A DNA stretch of 64,000 bases, from positions 1-64,000 of the forward strand of contig PEAD01000002.1 in NCBI GenBank assembly GCA_002753335.1. Reading direction: 5' to 3'. This stretch comes from Nitrospirae bacterium MYbin3. GTDB taxonomy: Bacteria > Nitrospirota > Thermodesulfovibrionia > Thermodesulfovibrionales > Dissulfurispiraceae. The position numbers and the translations under genes were made by a program. The notes beneath the pieces are model-generated. The model ran no database searches, had not been told where the DNA came from, and saw nothing but the letters and a program-made list of their open reading frames with translations. This document shows positions 1 through 8,308 of this stretch, piece after piece (the first letter of the stretch is position 1; each line of letters starts with the position of its first letter).

Positions 1-200
1 GGGTAGTACTCAATCCTATGCTACGCAAGCCAGACCTACGTTTAGTCGTTCTGGCTTGGGAGCGGGGTTCTCTAATTTCATTTTATCACCTGACCAGAAT
101 GATGTCAAAATTCGGGTGGATGTGTGTAGAGAATACATAAACTGTCCGCATCTGTAAAATGCATCGAGGGGAAAGGAACTACGACAATTCTACGACAGTC

Positions 201-260
201 GGGGTAAAAGAAAAAGGGATTGCCTGCGCAACCCCTTGATTTCAATGGCGTCCCGAGCGG
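201..260 (-). repeat. att-like direct repeat, copy 1 (displaced tRNA-Glu 3' end plus terminator)
   Basis: 58/60 identical to 1483-1542 (mismatches at 205 and 255). Confidence 0.92.
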
Positions 261-605
261 AACTCTCAACAAAACTTTTTTACATACAAATTTAGCTTTT
301 TGATGGTTCCCACGCAGATGCATAATCCGAAGACATCATATCATTTGGTTAGCGAAAATATGATTGTCGTCAGAAAAAAATGTCTTGGTTTGTTTGGGCA
401 CCTTGAAACATTTTTAAAATGATAAACCGCTTTGCCTCATACTGCTACTATTTCCTACAACTTTTTTGCCAGAAAACTAACATAATCAGTATATGCAAGC
501 TTTTATGAAAATTCGGTTTTTTAAATGTGCTTTGTGGGCAAAAAGCTGCTACAAAATAAAATACGTTAATATATTTCAGAAAGGAGATGCCGCAATAAAC
601 TCACG

Positions 606-634
606 TTGACTAAAGTGTTTATTGTAGTTACAAT
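606..634 (+). promoter_or_regulatory. Sigma-70 promoter of brnTA with overlapping palindromic operator
   Basis: TTGACT-17bp-TACAAT; ATTGTA-GT-TACAAT inverted repeat at 621-634. Confidence 0.75.
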
Positions 635-640
635 ATAATT

Positions 641-916
641 GTGAAGTACGAATGGGATGAAGAAAAGCGTACAGAGAATATCAAAAAGCATGGAGTTGAT
701 TTTGTTGATGCAGTTGATTTTGTCTGGGATACGGCCCTTATAGGGGTTGATAAGCGGCAGGACTATGGGGAGCAGCGTTATAAATCTCTTGGATTTATTG
801 ATGATAGACTTTATTGTTTGGTCTATACATTACGCAGTACCGTTGTCCGAATCATAAGTTTAAGAAAAGCAAACAAACGAGAGAGGAGTGTTTATGAAAA
901 AATCATACAAGGATAA
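641..916 (+). CDS. brnT: BrnT family toxin
   Basis: EWDEEK..NIKKHGVDF, DYGEQR and RIISLRKANKRER motifs. Confidence 0.92.
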   Translation: MKYEWDEEKRTENIKKHGVDFVDAVDFVWDTALIGVDKRQDYGEQRYKSLGFIDDRLYCLVYTLRSTVVRIISLRKANKRERSVYEKIIQG

Positions 917-1271
917 ATCTAACGTAGTATCGTACACGATGGATGAACTTCGGGGAATGAGGAAGAAGAAAAAGGTATCTCATATAAATACGGATGCAGA
1001 AGAGGCTGCGATTAAGCGCGGCATTTCTCTTGATCCTGATAATCCGGAACTGACTGATTCAGATTTTGAAAAAATGCGTCCGGCTTCTGAGGTAATGCCG
1101 CAGCTTGTAAAGGCATATCGCCGCACACGCGGCCCACAAAAAAATCCTACTAAGACGCAGTTGACTGTAAGGCTTTCACAGGATGTTGTGGAGTTTTTTA
1201 AATCGTCAGGGCGTGGTTGGCAAACTAATATCGATAAAGCACTGAAAGAATATGTAAGGTCTCACGCGTAG
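894..1271 (+). CDS. brnA: BrnA family antitoxin
   Basis: C-terminal TVRLSQDVVEFFKSSGRGWQTNID motif; overlaps brnT; ATG at 894 chosen as start. Confidence 0.88.
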   Translation: MKKSYKDKSNVVSYTMDELRGMRKKKKVSHINTDAEEAAIKRGISLDPDNPELTDSDFEKMRPASEVMPQLVKAYRRTRGPQKNPTKTQLTVRLSQDVVEFFKSSGRGWQTNIDKALKEYVRSHA

Positions 1272-1314
1272 CTGATTTAAATGCGTTAAAAGTTTAACCT
1301 ACCTACTTCTGCTT

Positions 1315-1521
1315 ATGCTTAGAAAGACAAAGAACCTTGTTGACGTTCAACACGCTATGGGGCATAAGGACAGCAGGATGACAATGCGATATGCACACTT
1401 GATGCCAGAAGACCTGAAAGATGCTTTCACAGCGATTGACAACATGGGGACAGCAAAAATTCTATCACAATTTTATCACGTTGGGGAAAAAGAAAAAGGG
1501 ATTGCCTGCGCAACCCCTTGA
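1315..1521 (+). pseudogene. Tyrosine recombinase/integrase C-terminal fragment
   Basis: VQHAMGHKDSRMTMRYAHL matches the LGH...T..Y motif; N-terminal and HxxR regions absent; ends inside the att repeat. Confidence 0.85.
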
Positions 1522-1542
1522 TTTCAATGGCGTCCCCAGCGG
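1483..1542 (-). repeat. att-like direct repeat, copy 2 (intact tRNA-Glu 3' end plus terminator)
   Basis: Matches 201-260. Confidence 0.92.
1491..1519 (-). terminator. Intrinsic terminator after tRNA-Lys/tRNA-Glu
   Basis: Minus-strand AAGGGGTTGC-GCAG-GCAATCCCTT hairpin followed by a T run. Confidence 0.7.
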
Positions 1543-1605
1543 GATTCGAACCCGCGTTACCGCCTTGAAAGGGCGATGTCCTAGGCCGGGCTAGACGATA
1601 GGGAC
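1528..1605 (-). tRNA. tRNA-Glu(TTC)
   Basis: Cloverleaf, anticodon loop CTTTCAA, GGTTCGAATCC T-arm, encoded CCA. Confidence 0.97.
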
Positions 1606-1606
1606 A

Positions 1607-1679
1607 TGAGCCGCGTTGGATTCGAACCAACGACCCACGCCTTAAAAGGGCGTTGCTCTACCAACTGAGCTAGCGGCCC
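1607..1679 (-). tRNA. tRNA-Lys(TTT)
   Basis: Cloverleaf, anticodon loop CTTTTAA; CCA not encoded; 1 nt from tRNA-Glu. Confidence 0.96.
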
Positions 1680-1700
1680 TCAACAACCACAAGAATTTAT

Positions 1701-1730
1701 AATTTACTATTATAAGCTGAATTTTGTCAA
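1701..1730 (-). promoter_or_regulatory. Probable sigma-70 promoter of the tRNA-Lys-Glu pair
   Basis: TTGACA-18bp-TAAATT on minus strand. Confidence 0.55.
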
Positions 1731-1782
1731 TTTGAATCTGTGAGAAAACGGCAATTTTGGTACAGAAACGTTGCAGGAGAAA

Positions 1783-2532
1783 TTAGGTGGAGATTTTTGT
1801 AAAATCCGGCACTACAGCAGCTGTTTTGGGCACAGTAATACTTTGCTTGTTTTGAGCAAAAGCATCGTAATCTGCAATTATGTCTTTAAGGCCGTTCATT
1901 CTGTTCATCCAGCCTTTTAGATATTTTGCATAAAGATGTGGTTTTGCTGAGGCCAGCCTTTTATAGCGTTGCTCTCTTAGCTTGATATAAGTATCTATAT
2001 CGCCATCAGACTTCTCTAGGAATTTCTTTGCAGCATTCGGGCTGTTCACATAAGAATCGAAATGAACAAGGCTCATTGGGTAGGAAAGCTCCGCTGCTCC
2101 TGATTTGTCCCATATTTTTTTGTATATGGCTTCGGCTTCGGTTAAGGTCAGGTTTTTAATGTTTCCTTTATAGCCGTAGGTTCTTGCAGTCGTTTCAAGT
2201 ATTCCGTATTTTGATGCTCCCCTTGAGCCGTCCTCTTTTACGTATGCCTTACCCTCATGTTTAATGACTACTTTAAATATTTCCTTGAATTTCGAGGAAC
2301 TGTCTTGTAATCTGTTGTCGGTGTGTTCAATTATCGGGAAGGGTACCGAAAGCGGCTTGTTTGGAATTGCTATGATGGAACCCTGTTTTACAGGTTCCGT
2401 AATTTTGAGAGATTCGTTAATGATTGAGTTAAAAGATCCTGCGCTGTCCGGAAACTTGCCGGGTAGCTTAGGCAGTTTTATCTGTGTTGTTTGCTGAGAG
2501 CCGTCTATTTTAGAGATGCCGCGGTGATACAT
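1783..2532 (-). CDS. Glycoside hydrolase family 108-like (lysozyme) protein with low-complexity N-terminus
   Basis: KHEGKAYV..DG..GASKYGI, FDSYVNS and YLKGWMNR motifs. Confidence 0.75.
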   Translation of the reverse strand: MYHRGISKIDGSQQTTQIKLPKLPGKFPDSAGSFNSIINESLKITEPVKQGSIIAIPNKPLSVPFPIIEHTDNRLQDSSSKFKEIFKVVIKHEGKAYVKEDGSRGASKYGILETTARTYGYKGNIKNLTLTEAEAIYKKIWDKSGAAELSYPMSLVHFDSYVNSPNAAKKFLEKSDGDIDTYIKLREQRYKRLASAKPHLYAKYLKGWMNRMNGLKDIIADYDAFAQNKQSITVPKTAAVVPDFTKIST

Positions 2533-2644
2533 TGTCCGTCTTTTCTCCCCAGATGAGGTTGCTTTTCAAACATTGTATCATATCTTTTGCCTAAATGTGT
2601 AAGATATTTGCTAAAATAAAGCCCAAAAATATTCGGAGGAGAAT

Positions 2645-3193
2645 ATGAGAAAAATTCTATTATTTTTTGTGCTTACAATAGTAGTTGTTTCGTGCCAGCC
2701 AAAGGAGGAGCCAAAAGGCCAGCTTCAACCGCAACAGCAACCCTATACAGGCCAGCAGGCGCCTATGGTAAACATGCAGATGGATCAGGAGATTAGGATT
2801 CTCGAAGGAGCGGTGAAATCAGATCCTAGAAATGTCGGGGCATGGATCAAGTTGGGCAATATTTTTATGGACTCGGCGCGCTTTAACGAAGCTGTAAATG
2901 CTTACAGCAAGGCTCTCGAGATTGACGGCAAAAATGTGGATGTGTGTGTGGACATGGGTACCTGTTATCGCAATAGCGGCAGGGCAGACAAAGCGGTTGA
3001 AGAATACAGAAAGGCGTTGAAGATTAATCCAAACCATTTGAACGGACGTAAAAATCTTGGCGTAGTGCTTGCGTTTGATCTGAAAGACAAACAGGGCGCA
3101 ATAAAAGAATTCGAAAAATATCTGCAGCTTGCTCCGAACGCGCCGGATGCAGTTCAGGTAAAACAGGAAATAGAAAACCTTAAAATAAAATAA
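2645..3193 (+). CDS. TPR-repeat lipoprotein
   Basis: Lipobox VVSC; TPR repeats; GGAGG RBS. Confidence 0.85.
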   Translation: MRKILLFFVLTIVVVSCQPKEEPKGQLQPQQQPYTGQQAPMVNMQMDQEIRILEGAVKSDPRNVGAWIKLGNIFMDSARFNEAVNAYSKALEIDGKNVDVCVDMGTCYRNSGRADKAVEEYRKALKINPNHLNGRKNLGVVLAFDLKDKQGAIKEFEKYLQLAPNAPDAVQVKQEIENLKIK

Positions 3194-3208
3194 TTTCTAA
3201 AATAGGGC

Positions 3209-3667
3209 TCAGGCTTTATGCCTGAGCCCGCCAAAGAATCTTCTCAGCAAACCTGCGCATTCTTCTTCAAGGATTCCGGCAACGATTTGAACCTGATGGT
3301 TAAGCCTTCTGTCTGACAGCAGATGATAAAGGCTTTTTACTGCACCGCCTTTTGAGTCCGAACATCCATAGACAACGCGGCCGAGACGTGAATTGAGCAT
3401 TGCGCCGGCACACATAACGCAAGGCTCTTTTGTGACATAAAGCGAGGCCTCACTTAGCCGCCAGTTTTGAGTTTTTTGAGAGGCTTCTCTTAGGGCAAGT
3501 ATCTCCGCGTGCGCGGTTGGATCAAATGTTGATTCTCTTTTGTTTTGTGCTTGGGCGATTATTTTGCCGTCGAGCACGACCACAGCGCCTACGGGTACTT
3601 CGCCTTCATCGAAGGCCGCCTTGGCGCCCTCGATGGCAAGCCTCATGAAGTCAGCGTCTGAAGCCAT
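3209..3667 (-). CDS. tadA: tRNA adenosine(34) deaminase
   Basis: EVPVGAV, HAE and EPCVMC motifs. Confidence 0.93.
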   Translation of the reverse strand: MASDADFMRLAIEGAKAAFDEGEVPVGAVVVLDGKIIAQAQNKRESTFDPTAHAEILALREASQKTQNWRLSEASLYVTKEPCVMCAGAMLNSRLGRVVYGCSDSKGGAVKSLYHLLSDRRLNHQVQIVAGILEEECAGLLRRFFGGLRHKA

Positions 3668-4287
3668 CCTGTCCAGTCGTTAATACCCTGTCCGGTTTTG
3701 CATGAAACTTCAAATATCTTTGTTGCAGGATTCAGTGAAAGCGCATCTTTTCGTATTTTTTCAACATCCACATCAAGGTATGGCTTTAAGTCTGTTTTAT
3801 TTATAAGCAGGGCCGCCGACTCCTGAAACATCAGCGGATATTTAAGAGGCTTGTCATGTCCTTCTGTCAGGCTAAGTATCATTACTTTAAGATTTTCGCC
3901 CACCTTGAACTCGGCCGGGCAGACGAGGTTGCCGACGTTTTCGATGAAAAGCAGATCAAGACTTTTTAGATCAAGGTCTCCGAGCGCTTCGTATATCATA
4001 TTTGCGTCTAAATGGCATGCCCCGCCAGTGTTTATCTGCACTACGGGCACTCCGAGTTTGTCTATTCTTGCGGCGTCGTCCGTCCCTGTGATGTCGCCTT
4101 CTATTACGCCTATTTTCAGTTTTCCGCTTAATGCCTTAATTGTGCTTTCAAGCAATGATGTTTTGCCTGCGCCTGGCGAACTCATCAGGTTGATAACATA
4201 TACGCCGCTTTCGGTGAAAATTCTCCGGTTTTCCTCCGCAAGCCTGTCGTTGGCGCCAAGTATCTTGGAAGCTACTTTAAGTTTCAT
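3643..4287 (-). CDS. hypB: Hydrogenase nickel incorporation GTPase
   Basis: SSPGAGKT, GGACHLDA, ENVGNLVCPA and KPLKYP motifs. Confidence 0.96.
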   Translation of the reverse strand: MKLKVASKILGANDRLAEENRRIFTESGVYVINLMSSPGAGKTSLLESTIKALSGKLKIGVIEGDITGTDDAARIDKLGVPVVQINTGGACHLDANMIYEALGDLDLKSLDLLFIENVGNLVCPAEFKVGENLKVMILSLTEGHDKPLKYPLMFQESAALLINKTDLKPYLDVDVEKIRKDALSLNPATKIFEVSCKTGQGINDWTGWLQTLTS

Positions 4288-4288
4288 T

Positions 4289-4633
4289 TCAAAAAACCTC
4301 CAGTTCTGTTATATCAAGTTCTCGTCCGGATATAACCCTGAACGAGGAGCTTTCGCAGTGTGGACAGCAAAGCAGATAGCTGTCTTCGGTTTCAAAATTT
4401 TTTTCGCAGTACAGGCATATTCCTGCCAAAGGGACTTCCTCTATGTCGAGCACCGCTTCACTTGCTATTGTATCAGGCTTCATAGCATCAAACGCAAAAA
4501 GCAAGGCCTCAGGCATGACGCCTGAGGCCTTGCCTATCTTAATTGACACTTTTTCTATCTTGCCATATCCGCTTTTTTTGCACTCATTTACTGCGGTCGC
4601 CAAAAGGCCTTCGGCGATCGAAACTTCATGCAT
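4289..4633 (-). CDS. hypA: Hydrogenase maturation nickel metallochaperone
   Basis: MHE N-terminus and two CxxC motifs. Confidence 0.96.
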   Translation of the reverse strand: MHEVSIAEGLLATAVNECKKSGYGKIEKVSIKIGKASGVMPEALLFAFDAMKPDTIASEAVLDIEEVPLAGICLYCEKNFETEDSYLLCCPHCESSSFRVISGRELDITELEVF

Positions 4634-4635
4634 AT

Positions 4636-4938
4636 TTATTTATGCACTTCTTTTGCGTAGGCCTCTTTTCCTGCTTCCAAAGCAGCGTTTATCGCTGACT
4701 TCTCTTTTTCATAAAAACCCTTGCTTCTTTCTACCGATTCGTGAACCTTGCTTTTTGCGTCATCGATGTAATGATCTCCTTTTTCTTTAAGATCATCGGC
4801 AAGTTCGCGTATTCTTCTTCTTGTCTCGGTGCCTGACTGCGGAGCTAAAAGCAAAGCCAATCCTGCGCCCACCATTCCTCCAAGCAAAAAAGACAAAAGT
4901 ACAGAGCCTGAACTGAAACCACATTCGTCATTTCTCAT
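4636..4938 (-). CDS. YtxH domain protein
   Basis: FLLGGMVGAGLALLLAPQSG.ETR motif. Confidence 0.9.
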   Translation of the reverse strand: MRNDECGFSSGSVLLSFLLGGMVGAGLALLLAPQSGTETRRRIRELADDLKEKGDHYIDDAKSKVHESVERSKGFYEKEKSAINAALEAGKEAYAKEVHK

Positions 4939-4939
4939 A

Positions 4940-5353
4940 TTAAAACCTCCTTTCTTTTATTTCGTTTAACAACACTGCAAATCCGGCTTTTAAGCCTGCC
5001 TTCAGGCCGGAAGCCCTGAGGTTCATGCCTGTTCTTAAGCCGCTTATCATAGCGCTAATTGCTCTGACATTTTCGGCAACCTCATAGATGGAATATGAAA
5101 GTTTCCTTACATTGCCTGTCACAACACCGGCATCGTCGCTGACAACCCTGAAGCTTTTTAAAGTTTGCTCTACTTCGCAAAGCACAGGTCCAAGCCGTTC
5201 ATCGGTCCGTCTCAGGAAATCACTCATAGAAGCGGCTGTTTTTCTTATTTCGAGCGCAGCATATATAAGAAATGCTATTGCGAACAAAAAACCTATAAGC
5301 AACAAGAAAAACCCGATGCTAAAAAAGATTATCCAAGTTTGGCTAACTATCAT
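4940..5353 (-). CDS. DUF948-like membrane-anchored coiled-coil protein
   Basis: N-terminal TM helix plus amphipathic helices, adjacent to the YtxH gene. Confidence 0.7.
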   Translation of the reverse strand: MIVSQTWIIFFSIGFFLLLIGFLFAIAFLIYAALEIRKTAASMSDFLRRTDERLGPVLCEVEQTLKSFRVVSDDAGVVTGNVRKLSYSIYEVAENVRAISAMISGLRTGMNLRASGLKAGLKAGFAVLLNEIKERRF

Positions 5354-5398
5354 GTCCGCACCTCATTTTGTAAGTATATCATACTTTGCCTCCTAAAT

Positions 5399-5968
5399 TT
5401 ATTGCTGGCGGCTGGCATGGTATACATGCATAATCCTTTGAATGACCGTTAGATGCGTAAGCACAAAAAGGGCGGCGATGACAGGAAAAATAAAGCCGCT
5501 AATGCATCCTAAAGCAAGCAGGATAAGTCTTTCCGGTCTTTCCATAAGTCCAACACTGCATTGTATGCCAAGTCCTTCTGCACGTGCCCTGACATAGCTT
5601 GTAAGCAATGCTCCGGCAAGTCCACCTAAGCTTAGCAGAGAGCCTGCAATATTTTTTTGTTCATAAAAAAGCCATGCTACCGCCATGAACAAGAAGAAGT
5701 CTGAGTAGCGGTCGAGAGTGGAATCAAGAAAAGCTCCGAATGCCGTTTTCTTGTTGTTAACCCTTGCAACAACACCGTCAAGCGCATCGAAGAAACCGCT
5801 GAAAAGAATAAGCAGTCCTCCCGAATATGCATCGAATAAAATGGCGACAGCTGCGAACGCGTTCAGAATAAAACCTGTAAGGGTGATGATGTTTGGACTT
5901 AAGCGGATTTTTTTTGCAAGAGGCTCCAGTGGTTTATCCAATACATGACCGAGCTTTGCTCCGAACAA
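5399..5968 (-). CDS. CDP-alcohol phosphatidyltransferase (phosphatidylinositol-phosphate synthase-like)
   Basis: DALDGVVAR..FGAFLDSTLDRYSD, SYVRARAE and ERPER motifs; TTG start abuts ino1 stop. Confidence 0.88.
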   Translation of the reverse strand: MFGAKLGHVLDKPLEPLAKKIRLSPNIITLTGFILNAFAAVAILFDAYSGGLLILFSGFFDALDGVVARVNNKKTAFGAFLDSTLDRYSDFFLFMAVAWLFYEQKNIAGSLLSLGGLAGALLTSYVRARAEGLGIQCSVGLMERPERLILLALGCISGFIFPVIAALFVLTHLTVIQRIMHVYHASRQQ

Positions 5969-7069
5969 TTATCGGTCCCTCTTGCCTGCTATGAACTCCT
6001 CCACCATTTTTCTTGCGTCTTCGTCCGAATACTGGGCGATTGGATGCTTCATAAAATATGCTGAAGGGGATAAAAGCACGCCTCCGATACCCCTGTCTTT
6101 GGCTATTTTGCAGCATCGTATAGCGTCTATGACCACCCCGGCGCTGTTGGGGGAGTCTTCGACCGACAGCCTCAATTCAAGGTTCATAGGCACGTTCCCA
6201 AACCCGTGGCCTTCAATACGCAAGAAGCATACTTTGTTATCATTCATCCAAGGCACATAATCGGAGGGGCCTATATGAATGTCATCTCCGGTAAGATCGT
6301 GCGTAACCTGTGACGAAACAGCTTCGGTTTTTGATATTTTTTTTGACTTTAGGCGGCTTTGGTTAAGCATGTTTAAGAAATCTGTGTTGCCGCCTACATT
6401 AAGCTGGTATGTGTGATCAATCTTGACGCCTCGGTCCATAAACAGCTTAGCGAGAGTTCGGTGAATTATAGTTGCGCCAACCTGCGATTTTACATCATCA
6501 CCGATTATGGGTATGTTTTTTTCCTCAAAGCGTTTTGCCCAGATGTCGTTAGAGGCGATAAAGACAGGAACGCAGTTTACGAATGCAACCTTCGCTTCAA
6601 GGCAGGCTGATGCATAGTATTCGGTTGCTTTTTGAGAGCCTACCGGCAGGTAGCTCAGAAGTATATCTGCCTTTGAATCTTTCAGAATCTGCGCTACGTC
6701 GCAAGGTTTTTCATCAGCAGCAATGAACCGTCTGTCCTCAGGATATTCGGCCATGTGGGGGGATATTCCATCAAGAACCTCACCCATCAGAACAGCGACC
6801 TGATATTCAGGCAAATCGCCATTGAAGACCATAGTGCAATTAGGCTTGGCAAAGAGGGCCTCCTTAAGAGGCTTATTGACCTTTCTTTTGTCTATGTCGA
6901 ACGCAGCAACAACTTCTATGTCTTGCGGGTTGTATCCGCCTAAATCATAGTGCATTAGTCCGGTTGAGACCGACGCAGCACTTGATAACGATCTGTAATA
7001 TTCTATCCCTTGCAGCAAAGAACTGGCACAGTTGCCTATTCCGGCAATTGCAATACGCACTTTCCCCAT
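5969..7069 (-). CDS. ino1: Inositol-3-phosphate synthase
   Basis: GIGNCASSL, GDDVKSQVGATI, QLNVGGNTDFLNM and EDSPNSAG motifs. Confidence 0.96.
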   Translation of the reverse strand: MGKVRIAIAGIGNCASSLLQGIEYYRSLSSAASVSTGLMHYDLGGYNPQDIEVVAAFDIDKRKVNKPLKEALFAKPNCTMVFNGDLPEYQVAVLMGEVLDGISPHMAEYPEDRRFIAADEKPCDVAQILKDSKADILLSYLPVGSQKATEYYASACLEAKVAFVNCVPVFIASNDIWAKRFEEKNIPIIGDDVKSQVGATIIHRTLAKLFMDRGVKIDHTYQLNVGGNTDFLNMLNQSRLKSKKISKTEAVSSQVTHDLTGDDIHIGPSDYVPWMNDNKVCFLRIEGHGFGNVPMNLELRLSVEDSPNSAGVVIDAIRCCKIAKDRGIGGVLLSPSAYFMKHPIAQYSDEDARKMVEEFIAGKRDR

Positions 7070-7089
7070 TTAGGCCCTTCCCTTTGAGA

Positions 7090-7518
7090 TCATTTAATTT
7101 CTATATGCTTAGGCAGGTCTTCCGCCTCTATAGCTTTTTTCGGCAGAAGAATTTTCAGAACACCATCACGCAGAGATGCTTTAATGTTGTTTTCTTCAAT
7201 AATAGACGGGAGCATGAAGGACCTGTAGAAATTCCCGAAAGACCTTTCAACCTGATAATAGCTGCGACCCTCTCTTACAAGCCTGCGCCGGCCTGAAATC
7301 CTCAGCACGTTTCCTTCAACCGTAATATTGATATCTGCATCAGATACCTCCGGCAGATCCGCTTTTACTATGTATTCACTTTCCATTTCGTATATATCTA
7401 TTGCAGGAGCCCATGAGGATGAATTAGTCCTGTTATGAATAATATGTGTGTCCTCAAAAAGTTTGTTTATGCGCTCCTTCAGGGCGAATACATCTTTAAG
7501 CGGGTCCCAGCTGTCCAT
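7090..7518 (-). CDS. Hsp20/alpha-crystallin small heat shock protein
   Basis: WAPAIDIYE, ERSFGNFYRSF and DGVLKILLPK motifs. Confidence 0.93.
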   Translation of the reverse strand: MDSWDPLKDVFALKERINKLFEDTHIIHNRTNSSSWAPAIDIYEMESEYIVKADLPEVSDADINITVEGNVLRISGRRRLVREGRSYYQVERSFGNFYRSFMLPSIIEENNIKASLRDGVLKILLPKKAIEAEDLPKHIEIK

Positions 7519-7620
7519 TATTTTAAAGGAGCTCCTTCAAAAACGAAATACGATTTTATAAATTAACCGGCGAAAGAATGTCAAGCAACGCCTTATTTTT
7601 AGAGCGTTCACACAGGCTAT

Positions 7621-7965
7621 TTAATGTCCGGGTTTCAGCTGGAATTTTAGCTGCGATTGATGCGGGTCATGGCATTTTATACAGATGACTTCTTTGGAGC
7701 TGGCGTGGACGCCTTTGTTCATATCTATTCTGTCCGGATGGCATTTATAGCAAAGCGTCTCGGTCTTTTTTGACAGTGCAAACTTATGCTTCCCGGTTTT
7801 TTTGTGGCAGACGGTGCATTCGCCCACAGCAACCGGACCGTGAACGAATTCCCCTCGGCCCATATTAACATGACAGATGTCGGTTACGCATGAGTCTTTA
7901 GCTTGGACGGATGATATTCCTAAAACTAGCACTGCGTGAATAACAATACATAAAAGCCTTATCAT
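7621..7965 (-). CDS. Small periplasmic tetraheme cytochrome c
   Basis: Signal peptide; CVTDICH, CTVCH, CYKCH, CIKCH; ATG at 7965 chosen as start. Confidence 0.88.
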   Translation of the reverse strand: MIRLLCIVIHAVLVLGISSVQAKDSCVTDICHVNMGRGEFVHGPVAVGECTVCHKKTGKHKFALSKKTETLCYKCHPDRIDMNKGVHASSKEVICIKCHDPHQSQLKFQLKPGH

Positions 7966-8064
7966 TCCTGCCCCCAATAAATTTTATTGCAACAAAACAC
8001 GCAATCTATTTTATAATAAAAGGTGGAATTTTAAAACTCCCATATATTCGGAGGGTTTGCTGAA

Positions 8065-8307
8065 ATGGACAGAAAGAACTGCATGTTGATAATGGCGATA
8101 GGTTCGGCTATTGGCGGCATCGCCGGACTGCTCGCAAAACCGCAAAACCCTAAGGAAGGCGGTTTTCTTGGTATTGCGGCAGGAATTATTGCCGGCGCGA
8201 TGGGAGCTGCAGCTTACTCGCTTATAGCGAAAGACAATGACGGCATAGGGTATTATTCAAAGTCCTCGCCCCTGTATGACGATTCGGGCGAAAGTTCTTG
8301 TTTTTAA
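8065..8307 (+). CDS. Small glycine-zipper membrane protein
   Basis: GGAGG RBS; two Gly/Ala-rich hydrophobic helices. Confidence 0.65.
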   Translation: MDRKNCMLIMAIGSAIGGIAGLLAKPQNPKEGGFLGIAAGIIAGAMGAAAYSLIAKDNDGIGYYSKSSPLYDDSGESSCF

Positions 8308-8308
8308 A

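Larger units (their letters stand above)
201..1542. mobile_element. Decayed integrative element at tRNA-Glu carrying brnT-brnA and an integrase fragment
   Basis: 60-bp flanking direct repeats including the tRNA 3' end; tyrosine recombinase C-terminal remnant; TA cargo. Confidence 0.85.

Noticed and set aside
105..323. 72-aa minus-strand ORF
   Set aside because: Runs across the att repeat and terminator; no recognisable motifs
1427..1630. 67-aa ORF
   Set aside because: Overlaps tRNA-Glu and tRNA-Lys; shadow ORF
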